Positions 53,291 to 64,000 of a stretch of DNA of 64,000 nucleotides are shown here, piece after piece. Source of the stretch: Eledone cirrhosa (lineage: Eukaryota); NCBI GenBank assembly GCA_964016885.1, contig OZ024753.1:38006001-38070000 (forward strand), written 5' to 3'. Both the position numbers and the translations under genes were made by a program. Position 1 is the first letter of the stretch; every line of letters begins with the position of its first letter. The notes under the pieces are model-generated. The model made no database searches and was not told the DNA's origin. It saw only the letters and a list, made by a program, of their open reading frames with translations.

Positions 53291-54512
53291 ACACATGATA
53301 GGGGCTCTAGTCTTATCAAGAAAAAGAAAATGAATAAACACAGATGAATTAAAAATATGGTAACAGAAGGGTTAACATAAGAGTTGAGTCAATCTTACTG
53401 TCAGATATATATCATCCTCACCGTTGTCATTTTACATTCGTTTTTTTCAAAAGGACCCAGTCCATCCTGTAAGACGGTCATGCTGGTGACATGACAAAAA
53501 ACACTGTCTATCCCGTTAGATGGTCGTTTTGGTACCATGATAAAAAGCACTCAGTCCACACTGTAATGTGGTTAACATTAAGAAGAGCATCTGACTGTAG
53601 AAACCAAGCTAACAGATCTGTATGAGCAAGACATGGTCACTGGACCTGACTTGTCTAACCCATGCAAGCATGGAAAAATAGACATTAAATGATAATGATG
53701 ATTTTCATAACTATCTGAGTCAATTCTATTTAGAGTTACTGCTCTCTTAGATGGCTCAAAGGACTATGTCTGGTTTGTAAATTATATTTTTGGCATGGTA
53801 TCTATGGCTGAATGCCCTTCCTCCTAACATATGTTGGTGCTGAGAATGGTAGATACTGGATGTGTTAAATTTGGTTGGTGTCCAGACAGACAATATTGAT
53901 GCGTGTATGTATATGTATGTATGTGTGTGTGGGCATGTTTGTGTATGTGTGTGTCTATGAATATATAAAATTTGTTTTTATTATAATCACAAAGGTTTCT
54001 AATTTAGGCACAAGACCAGCAATTTTGGGGAGAGTGATGGAATGTCGAGAGAGGTAGAGAAAGACAGAATCAACTCCAGTACTGAACTTGTACTTTATCA
54101 ACTTCTTAAGGATGAAGGGCAAAGCTGACCTCAGCGTGATTTAACCCAGGAGTGCAGAGAACCAGAACAAGTACCACAAAGCATTCTAACAGCCTTTATT
54201 CAAAAGGGATGTAGAATTATGACTTTTTTTTATTAGACAGAAGAAAACAATAAACAAAGGATGACTTAGTATATCCTCATTTTCTTCATTTCTTTAAGTT
54301 TATGGAACAGTAAACAACCACACTAAGCAACTTTTCTTCTGGATAAAAATGTTATATTTGTTGAAGTCTGACTCATAAACAAACTCATCTTTTTAAAACA
54401 AGACTTAAATATAGATATGTTACCTTCACACACACACAGACCAACATCAACACATACCTACACCAACATACATATTTGCCCACAATCATTTGACATAGCT
54501 ATATATATATAT

Positions 54513-54712
54513 AGTTTTAATATAGATGAGATTCTACAGGACTAGAACTGTTTCATTCTTTAGAAATCATCAGGAATCCTGATGATTTCTAAAGAATAAA
54601 ACAGTTCTAGTCCTGTAGAATCTCATCTATATTAAAACTTTTATACTCTGCTATGTATTGAGTACCTTACGTACTGTGGTTACCTCCGATTCAACCCGGA
54701 ATAACTTACCTT
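54513..54712. mobile_element. Palindromic ribozyme element in (TA)n: 63-bp arms, 1-nt centre, 1 mismatch
   Basis: Arms 54513-54575 and 54577-54639. Hammerhead core CTGATGA tttctaaagaat GAAAC agttcta GTC on the minus strand of the left arm. 3' tactctgc..gtattgagtacc motif. Confidence 0.8.
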
Positions 54713-54728
54713 ATATATATATATATAT

Positions 54729-54855
54729 AAATGACTTCTACAGGACTAGAACTGGTCCTGTAGAAGTCATTTCTATATATAATAAAGATGGCTATACTCT
54801 ACCAAACTACTGAGTACCATTTTTAACTGTGGTTACCCCCGACACCACCCAGAAA

Positions 54856-54858
<3 letters not shown>
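54729..54858. mobile_element. Second, shorter fold-back copy of the same ribozyme element family
   Basis: aaatgacttctacaggac / gtcctgtagaagtcattt arms, then tactctac..tactgagtacc..ctgtggttacccc, then (TA)n. Confidence 0.75.
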
Positions 54859-54919
<61 letters not shown>

Positions 54920-54960
54920 GTATACACCCACAAAGTCAAGTACATAATTCAACTATTATA

Positions 54961-55350
54961 ACTTCCGGTATATAAAACGCACTTTTAACCCACAGTCTGC
55001 GTGTGTCGTTACAGACGGTAAGGATATAATGATTATAATTACTGTTTCTACTTTTGGCACAAGTTAAATCGACCCAGTGCATTACTGGTACTTTATTTTA
55101 TCGACCCCGTAAGGATGAAAGGCAAATCAGTTTAATTAATGGTTACTCATTTAAACACAAGTCCAACAATGTTGAGAGAGGGGAAAGTCGATTAAATCGA
55201 CCTCAATGCGTTACTGGATCGACCCTGTAAGGATGAAAGGAAAAGCTAACCTCAGCAGCATTTAAACTCAGATCGTAAAGGGACGTCACTCTAATCAAAT
55301 ATATGGATAAAGGAAGTAGAAATTTCAGAAAAATTTCCAAGATGGCTGCA
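54961..55350. promoter_or_regulatory. Candidate promoter region
   Basis: ETS-type ACTTCCGG at 54961 and YY1-type CAAGATGGCTGC at 55338-55349, located where CpG depletion ends. Confidence 0.3.
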
Positions 55351-56101
55351 ATTATAACTCATGTATGAAACCTAGTTTCACCGTATTACCGCTGTGACTT
55401 CTTTAACATTTTAATAATGACCGTATTATTGCAGTAGCTTATTTAATATTTTAATTTATATTTCTATAAACAACAACAAAGAAACGAAACGTTCAAATAT
55501 AGAATATTACATCATAGAATGAGTTTTAAATGGAGAAGTAATTTTAAAATAAATGTTATCTTAAAGGTTTCTTGGTCGACCGTAGCAGCAAAAAAGACCG
55601 TTAGTATGTTTAGCAAGTTTTAAACAGACACAAATAACAGCAGGGGTCAGAGAAAAGGGAAAGGAACTAGATTGGGGAGATGAAGCGAGAGAAAGGAAGA
55701 GAGAGAGGGAGATGATAGTTTGAAGGGAAAGGAACAAGGACAGACAGAAGAAGGAGAGAGAGGTTGTTGAAAGGGAAAGGAACAAAGAGGGGAGATAGTT
55801 TAAAGGGAAATAAACAAAGACAGATGGAGAGAGAGAGAGATGGAGAGAGAGAGAGAGAAAGATGAGGCTGAAAGTGTTGTCATTAAGTCATTAAACAAAC
55901 AGGATGTTAACTGTAATGTCGTCAAGTTATAAAACATCGTCTGGTAAAGAAAATAAATAAATAGTTTAATGATATAACACAAACATACACCGATATAATA
56001 CACACATGATATTTCTCTTTCACACACATACACAAATATATATCTCTCTCTCACACATACACACACACGATACCCCCTCTCCCCAGCTGAAACTGCGGAA
56101 A

Positions 56102-56340
56102 GGCGCGTGTCTGCGTGGTTAGAGAATTGGATACGCGATCGTGAAGTTGCAAGTTCGATTACCTGATCGAGCAATGCGTTATGACCTTGAGCAAGACACT
56201 TTATTTCACGTTGTTCCTTTTGCAAGGAGTTGCGACCAGTAGATAGTATCAGCATTGGAAAGACCAATGGAAACATTGTTTCCTCGGTCCGATATGACGA
56301 GTTCCACCTCACCCGGTAAGCGAATGAGGTCTGAGATCTT
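56102..56340 (+). mobile_element. SINE family A head joined to a structured dispersed repeat
   Basis: Head gcgtggttagag..agttcgattacc..ccttgagcaagacac. The 3' part matches 41637-41742. Confidence 0.65.
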
Positions 56341-56732
56341 CCCGAAAACTGTGATTTTCCCCCTGTGACTATATTTTTGTTCAAATATTTCACTGTCCTG
56401 AGTTTAAATCTCCTTAGGAACAGAATTAATTATTAATATTATACCTTTCATCCCTCAGAGATCGATACCATAAATAATATATTGATTTCTAATTTAGACA
56501 TAATGCCAACACATTTGGAAGAAGCGCAGGGTTGATTAAATCAGCATCAATACTTAACTAGTACTTTATTTTATCGACCCATGCGGAATTTCTACTTAAT
56601 ATAAATAGCCAGAACAAATACGGTAATGGCATTTTATCTGACGCTCTACCAATTCTGCCAATCAATGGTCCTTAGTATTATAATGAATAATCAATTCAAT
56701 CAATTAGACACTTGCAAGGCAATCTTTATATA

Positions 56733-56837
56733 TACAGGGTGTCCCCAAAAAATACATACATACTTTAACAGCATTCTAATGAAAATTGCATGTACAGGTA
56801 ATCAATGTGTGTATACACTTTTGGGGAACACCCTATA
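56733..56837. mobile_element. Small Tc1/mariner-type MITE
   Basis: tacagggtgtccccaaaaa / tttttggggaacaccctata with TA ends. Confidence 0.8.
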
Positions 56838-58378
56838 TATAATATATATATGCAAGCCGAGACTGCAATGCGGTTTTAAGCCTTAGATAAAGGTGTTTCA
56901 CTTCAGTCATGTAAATTTCCTTTCATATAATATTATAAAGAAAACAGGGAAAAAAGAATCAATGTTATTCGTCCTGAGCGCAATATTGTCTACGATTCAG
57001 TTTCATTTCACAAATTCCCGTTTTACCTTCTTTTCCTCACTGATTAATTTCTATTGATTTATCTTGTCTTTTTTGTAAATCTTATTCATTATATTGTGTT
57101 TACTGACCGATAAATTTACATCGTTGCACATTTAAGAAAGGAAAGAAAGAAAAAAAAAATTACAATTGTTTCGGGTCATCAATGCATGGACGTCCCAACT
57201 CCCTATCTCATACCCAGTAATTTTGCCACATCGTGCAAATAAAGGGAAACTTAGAGTTAATTTTCTCCCCACTCCTCTCTAAAAGATAAAGTAAAGGACC
57301 CTTGACTCCCGTGGGAGACGGAGATGCACAGTAGTGATTGATATGTGTATCAATGGTATTTAAAACCTGGTGGTGCCCATCCATCTCCAGTTAGGAACAC
57401 AGCTGACCCCCCCCCCCCCCTCCCCCAAGAGATACAGAGAAAGAATCACCCCCACTCTCACCAATATCTATCGACCTCAAAAGGATGAATGGCAAAGTTG
57501 ACCTCGGCGGGATTTGAACGCAGTGAGCCGGAACAAATAACGAGGCAGCTTTAATCCGACACGCTAACGACTGCTAATTCACCGCCTCCGCTATAAGACC
57601 CATATACACAACACCACACACCTTTTTTGTTCCACAAAATCTATTTGAGCCAACGACTGAGCTTCCAGAATTAGTAACCAAAATTAAAGACCATTAGATA
57701 ATGTAGTCTTCTTACAAAGAACGGTGATGTATGCATGATATATATATGTAAGGTTTGTGTCTATGTGTGTGTCTGACGAATGCATGGTTTGATGTGTAAG
57801 TATTATGTGTAGTGTGATGTATGCTTGGTGTGTGTGTGTGGTATATATGTGTGTGTGATGAATGCATAGTTTGGTGTGCAATGTATGCATGGTGTGTGTG
57901 TGTGTGAGTGTGTGTGCTTGCATATATGTGTAGAGAGAGTGTGTGTGTACCTGCATATATACATGAAATATATTTCCATTCATCTCTCCCAACACCATGC
58001 TTGAAAACAATACTAAAAAGAGGCAGGACGAGGGTGGGGGATGGTGAACATGACATGGGGGATTCAATAGCTTCTGTGACAATATTTATTTAGTGATAAA
58101 TGAATAAGGAAGGGGCCGAAGGAGGATAGGGAAGCAGCTAAACGAAAAGGCCTGGTTTTGATAAAAGAGACCAAGCTACTCATCGTACAGGAAACAAAAA
58201 TTAGGGCTTCGTGCTCGTCCTAGAAATGTTAGTGACGATAAGAATGACAAAAAAAAAAAGGTTCACACTTAACATCAAAACGATACAAAAAAAAAGCCAA
58301 TCATTTGCTGACCTTGTGCATAAATTTGGGGGGAAGAATAAGGTTGTTTAAATTAAATTCAGTACTTGACTGGTACTA

Positions 58379-58600
58379 TACGAGGGAGGGCTGAAAAGTT
58401 CATAGGTTGACTATGAAGGAGTGATGCTAGAACTGTGAAATATTGCATGCATTACTTTCAATTCTTATTTATAAGAGCACTGTTTCTTTTCAAAGAAGAC
58501 TTCAAAAATAACTCGTAGCGACTTCTCTTGAAAATGAACAAAATTTGACATCGTCGTGTTAACAAGTACCTGCAGAAAAAAAGGTTTAGCCCCCAAGGGT
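58379..58600 (+). mobile_element. Mariner 5' end with a decayed transposase start
   Basis: TIR tacgagggagggctgaaaagtt shared with the 27080 MITE. ATG at 58534 gives MNKI*HRRVNKYLQKK/GLAPK. Confidence 0.75.
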
Positions 58601-59272
58601 CTTAACTATATGCTGCGAAGCATGTTGTCCGACACTGCCGATCCACCCCACCCCTTAGTAATTAAACAATGAAAAGGTTAACCAAATCAAAACCAATTTG
58701 CGTAAGACTTGGTACGCTGAGTGTGTCTACTCAACTCTAGTGTGTTACCCCTCACCCCCACCACACACAAAAAAAAGAAGAAAAAGTCTTTGTCATTGTA
58801 TTTAACATAACTATAAACACTTCAACTGTTCGGGGGAAGGGAATAAAACTTGATAAATGGCCATCATGTCTTGTAAAGCATGGGTGGACATTTATGAGAA
58901 GAAGACGGCCAAAATAGGAATCCATGCAAGGCCGCACATATTCTTCATTGAGAAGTTTAGAGATCGTGAAATATTACTTTTTAAAATTTATACACACACA
59001 CAGACCAACAAACACACACACGCACGGATACACACAGTTTTCAAACCATTAATTTAAAGAGAGACAAAAAGGCTGTCAGTAAAGAGTGTTGTAAAGATGA
59101 TTGATGTTCGGACATAATTAATCAGTAACTGTTATAGTTATTGTGTCAGGCAAGCAATCATTTAGCTGGATATATTCTGCTCGGCTCTCGAACACGACAA
59201 TTCTTGAAAACAAAAGATAATATATCCCTCCATTTAAACTATCTTTGTTAGTCTTCGATGTAGAAATAATAC

Positions 59273-59467
59273 CAGACCTGCCAACCTCTAAAAACCCAAA
59301 AAGGAAGTACCATGAAAAAAAGTGTCCCCAAACGAGGAGGCATGAGGCAAAATCGAGAGATTTTACATAATGAAAGACATACCCATTTTCACAAGAAAAG
59401 ACATCTATCATCCACCCCAAAGTGGGTGGGAGATCTCCCCGCCAGACTGGGAGAGTTGACAGGTCTG
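59273..59467. mobile_element. MITE with TIR cagacctgccaac and a 9-bp TSD aaataatac
   Basis: Ends cagacctgccaac / gttgacaggtctg. Second diverged copy at 60600-60795. Confidence 0.85.
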
Positions 59468-62033
59468 AAATAATACTTTAAGTTATTTATTTTCTTAAAG
59501 AATCCTTACCAGTTAAGGAAAGCCTGCAAAGATTTCAATAGAAATCACCCCGTGTATGTAGCACATACACGTGCATCAATGTACAACTTGTTTACCCATT
59601 AATCTAATCATTGCCAATGTTTGAACTAGAGTAAACTTTTACACTATTACACCACCTCCCGTCTCGCAAACGGGTGTTATGGAGTTCTCGAGGGGAGCTG
59701 CAGAAAACGATCTCAAACATGACATCTATATATTTCAATGTAATATATATATATACAAATGGAAGTTTAGTAAAATCGAAGTTTTGGCTGTGGCCAAGCT
59801 AACGATATACAATTAAGAGTGTGCAATATGCAGCATATATATATATATATATATAAAGCAGGTATTTTGTTGTGTCTTTGGGGAATACGTTTAAATGTTT
59901 GATGTTGCCTCAGCTCGCCTGATTAAATAAATAAAGGTTGCTAGACTGTTTTGAAGGTTACTCGTGAAAGAAAAGCATCTTAAATTAGATGATGATAAGT
60001 GGATTGCCTTTCATCCTCCTTAACATAAAGGGTTAACCTTTAACCCTGTGAAACATTGTAGTTCACGAAGGGATTAACTATCGGATTACATTTAGAATAT
60101 TAAATATATATTATAATAGGGCCTGCGCTACCATTAAGGACAACTTAGCAGTCGCTAAGGGCGTAGATCTGAGAGAGGCGCATTACAGAACCTTAAAGAA
60201 TCACAGTTTTATAAAAAGAAATGTCTATCATTGACTTTAATATATAAATCCCTAAACTCCTTTGCCGCGTGACAGCATTGTAGAAATAGTCAAAAGACGT
60301 ATAGTGTTATTAACTGTCATTGGCATGGGTGAGTGTGGACTGTGTAGTAGGAAATGCAAGCTTGGTAATTATATTTATGTGGCCAGAGCAAGAAATGTCA
60401 AAAACTAGGTTCGTCAGTTTACCAAAGTGTAAGTTGAAATTAATTTGAGAGAATAGGAAACACATTGTAGAGGTTGATAATATATAATTGCCTGCGATAA
60501 ATAAATAAATAATTTAAAATCTTTGCCGCGTAGTAAGTAGCATTGTAGAAATATTAAAAGTGGTGAAGGTCGTATGGTGTAATGACCTGTTACATAAATC
60601 AGACCTGCCAACTCTAAAAGACCAAACAGGGAGTACCACGAAAAAAATTGCCCCAAAACGGGAATAAATGAGGCAAAATAGGGAAATTTTTACATAATGA
60701 AAGCTATACCCATTTTCACAAGAGAAGACATCTCTTACCCACCCCAAAGTGGGTGGGAGATCTCGCTCGTCGGGCTAGGAGCATTGACCAATCTGCATAA
60801 ATTGTCGTGAGTATGGATCTGTATAGAAGAAAATGAAGGTTTAATAATTGTTTTAGTGTCATTAAAAATTAGGTTTTGCTAAACTATTTCATTTGGGAGA
60901 TTGGGGCGCCCATTGTAAGGAACTGGCCCTCAAAAGGATGTCATCATAGTTATTTTCATTTTTTTTTAAGTCCTCACGTTGATTCTAGTCGAAACAGTTT
61001 CAACACAGATGATATATATACAAATTGGCAGCATGGTTGCTGTTTGAGACTCAGTCATGTGCATAGGAAGTCTTGCAGAAATATTTGGGATGGGATAGAC
61101 AGGATGGAAGAGTAGGGGAGAGAGAGGAAGTGGAAAGAAGAAGCTCTGGTTAAGTTTTACTATTAAATCAGTCTCTCTCTGGAGGTGAAATTTCTTTCTC
61201 CTATGTTTTCTGATGTGATTTGAATGAATTTGACCTTCAAAACCTTCGGAAATTATTCGTTTTATAGTTAACCCCTCTCTCCAACTGCCAGTCTGGGAGC
61301 GCCCTGCTGGAAAACGGGTGTTCTTGGGCTGGGGGACCACAGAAAACGAGTAAATATGTTTATTATTATTTTAATTAAAACAAGGTACGATGCAGGGACC
61401 ACGAGCGCTATTAGCCCCACCCCCCAACTTCTCATTAAAAGTGAGATACAGGGTAAAGAGATATTTCGGTATTTTAACACACACATATATATACATACAA
61501 ACACACATACACACATGAAGCAAGATTTTCTGTTGTTGATTAAAGAATCTTATATCAACAAGTTATATTCCTTTCTACACATGCAGTATGCTGCATAAGC
61601 AGCTCTGTGCACCTGGCTACATTCAAGCCCACGTGTTCATATTAAGGAGCAGTGGAAATAATAATTTCTGTTTGTAAAACGGTGATAAGGGCTGGCCCTC
61701 CATTAGGCCAACTTAAGCAAGGATCACAGTTTTATATAAATTTCTATAACTAAATAGAATATATAATAATAATATCCTGCGATCAATAAATATATAACTA
61801 AACAACTTTGCCGCGTATATATTTTTTTCAGAGAATAGGATGCATGAATGGAAGAATGGGGCGCACATTATAGTGTAAGATGTAAAATAGTTAATAGCGG
61901 GAATGAAACTGATTTATAGTCATAACAAAATATTTACAGAAACCCACGTAGTGCTGCTGCAAAAAAAAAAAAAAAATACGTGTCCACGTAATAAAAACAA
62001 TTAAGGGTAGCAGTGACAAATTACAAATGTTTG

Positions 62034-62097
<64 letters not shown>

Positions 62098-62296
62098 TGT
62101 CACTGCTACCCTTAATTGGTTTTATTACGTGGACACGTATTTTTTTTTTATTATATATATATATATATGTGTGTGTGTCTGGTGGTAGCTAAGATGCTTC
62201 CATAGGAGGTATGCCGGTTGAGCACTCTATGCTCTTACAGAGCAGAGTATGATATAAATAAAGCGAATGCATCACTGATTTTTCGTTTTATTTATA

Positions 62297-62630
62297 CACA
62301 CACACAGAAACAAGATGGCGTAGGACAGAACAAAGAAGAGGCACAAAAACAAAGAAAAGAATCCCCAGTCACTGAAGAGGTCACAGAATGTGTGACGAAA
62401 GAACTTTGACAATATATAAACAACCATCTGGTTGTGGAACCAACCAACCAACCAACCAACCGGAAATTTATAAATTCCTAAATTTATAAATTTATTATAA
62501 TAAATTGAAGTGAAAGCAACTGGTGCGTGTGTTTCTTATTGGCAACATGACCCTCCCAAAGTATAACAATATCGGTTTCTACACACGTTTTCAGATAAAG
62601 AATCTTGCTAAACAAATTCAGAAACGAAAT
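62297..62630 (+). mobile_element. Penelope-like 3' end (pseudo-LTR) with hammerhead motif
   Basis: Nearly identical to the element at 19745-20224 and ends in (TA)n. Confidence 0.8.
62368..62410 (+). ncRNA. Type I hammerhead ribozyme motif
   Basis: gtca CTGAAGA g gtcac agaatgt gtgac GAAAG aa CTT tgac, identical to 19878-19920. Confidence 0.75.
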
Positions 62631-62964
62631 ATATATATGAGTGTTATATACATACATGTGTATGTGTACATATGTATAAATGAAACGAGACTCAGCTATT
62701 GTAAATATGTTATCCCCAAATTAATGTAAATATGGATTTCCGACACAAAACAAAATTGTAAACTTTAATCTTAGCTTCAAGTGACGATGGTAAACAATGA
62801 TGTTGGTAGTGATAACGGAATGGTGAAAACGTGTTTTGAAAACTTTGATAAGCGTCAAGGTTATGTCTGGGAAGATAAATGCTGTAAAGTGGAATAATTA
62901 GATAACATCGTGATTAGATCTGCCGTTTGTTCCTACTTTGATACACGTTTTGTTCCCAGTTATT

Positions 62965-63312
62965 GTTCAGGTCAGGCTTATTGGTACCATGTAACCCAGT
63001 ACAACCAGCTATATGATCGAGTGACTAAAGCAGCTCTCTCACGAGACCCTGGTCAAGTCTGGTCTGACGAGGATGGTGAGTGGAAGTCCAGCAGCACAAG
63101 AAACATGAACTGTTTAAAAGAGCAGATGAACTCCTAAGATTCAACGGCCATCTACCCCAACTGTGGGTTAAATAGCCCCACCAACCCGCAATTGGCCAAG
63201 TGTGATGATTACGGCTACACCCCCTGACATGACCAAAACCAAACAGACAACGGTGGAGGTCAATTAAGGAGGGATTCCTCCAACAGGAGTGAGAAGGCTC
63301 TGGATTGAATTG
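62965..63312 (+). mobile_element. Bipartite non-autonomous RTE-type element sharing its head with 1435-2080
   Basis: tattggtaccatgtaacccagtacaacc..gactaaa..ctcctaagattcaacggccatc head. The tail reads RQRWRSIKEGFLQQE*, like an RTE C-terminus. Confidence 0.6.
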
Positions 63313-63489
63313 GTGATAGTTCTTGTTAAACCACGCATGGGTCAACTTTGATCCAGCAGAAACGACAGTGCATCTAGGAATACATTTACTGTATCCCTTT
63401 TAATGAAATACACTATTTGAATTAAATAATGGATAATTTTATCATTAAGATGGTATAATTTTATAATTTAACAAAAATCCATAATCTGC

Positions 63490-63850
63490 TACGAATCGTT
63501 CTCCAGCTCCAGCCTTGTCGCTTCGGCCAAAATCCCGAACACCACCGCCTGCAATGCCGAAGAGAAGAAGATAAATGCCAGGGTTTGACCGACCTCTTCC
63601 TTTCGTGCCGGTCGTTGTCAAGACCTCAGGTGTCATCGGTCTCTGAACTGCTGTTTTTGTTCCGCAAAATCGGGAAGACTGCAACCCACCTGAAGAAAGA
63701 ACCCCATGAGTTAGGGTGGTTGCTTACAGCGAGTGTTGCTGGCCATTCTCTGCTGCTATGTCTTCGCTATTTTGTACGCGGGGTGCAGCTGAAGCTGCAG
63801 TTCGGGTTGGGGTACACAGTCTGTCGCTTTGTCCCCACTTTCCCTTTCTT
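63490..63850 (+). mobile_element. GC-rich dispersed repeat, probably a LINE 3' fragment
   Basis: gggtgcagctgaagc..gtctgtc matches the reverse complement of about 18880-18960. Family not identified. Confidence 0.45.
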
Positions 63851-64000
63851 TCGTTGCTTAATTTATATTATCTATTTCTTCCTTTCTTTTCTATCCTTTT
63901 CCTTTCATTATATAATTAAAAAGCTATGTTGATATGCTAAATAATTAAAGGTGCTTGCGTCAAATTATGTTGGAAGATTTTAATTTAAATAAGAACCTTT

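Overview
AT-rich, microsatellite- and retroposon-dense animal genomic DNA. The SINE and RTE repertoire suggests an octopod cephalopod (inference). Most of the window appears to be intron of one minus-strand gene. Four phase-compatible exons (32062-31946, 11823-11795, 11408-11233, 7154-7094) splice into an open frame ending in a WW-domain exon with the size and phases of human dystrophin exon 62, so this is probably a divergent dystrophin-family gene whose cysteine-rich exons lie left of the window. CpG depletion fades at about 55 kb, near ETS- and YY1-like motifs, consistent with the gene's 5' end. The introns hold tRNA-derived SINEs, a young 5'-truncated RTE LINE with a PHD-type finger inside its RT region, bipartite non-autonomous RTE derivatives, mariner/Tc1, hAT and piggyBac-like MITEs, and many minisatellites. 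The most striking signal is about a dozen short non-coding elements sitting in (TA)n tracts. Several are fold-back palindromes, several carry type I hammerhead ribozyme motifs, and several share a 3' stem-loop across otherwise unrelated families. They look like Penelope-like or retrozyme-type insertions. Almost all ORFs in the supplied track are microsatellite or repeat artefacts.
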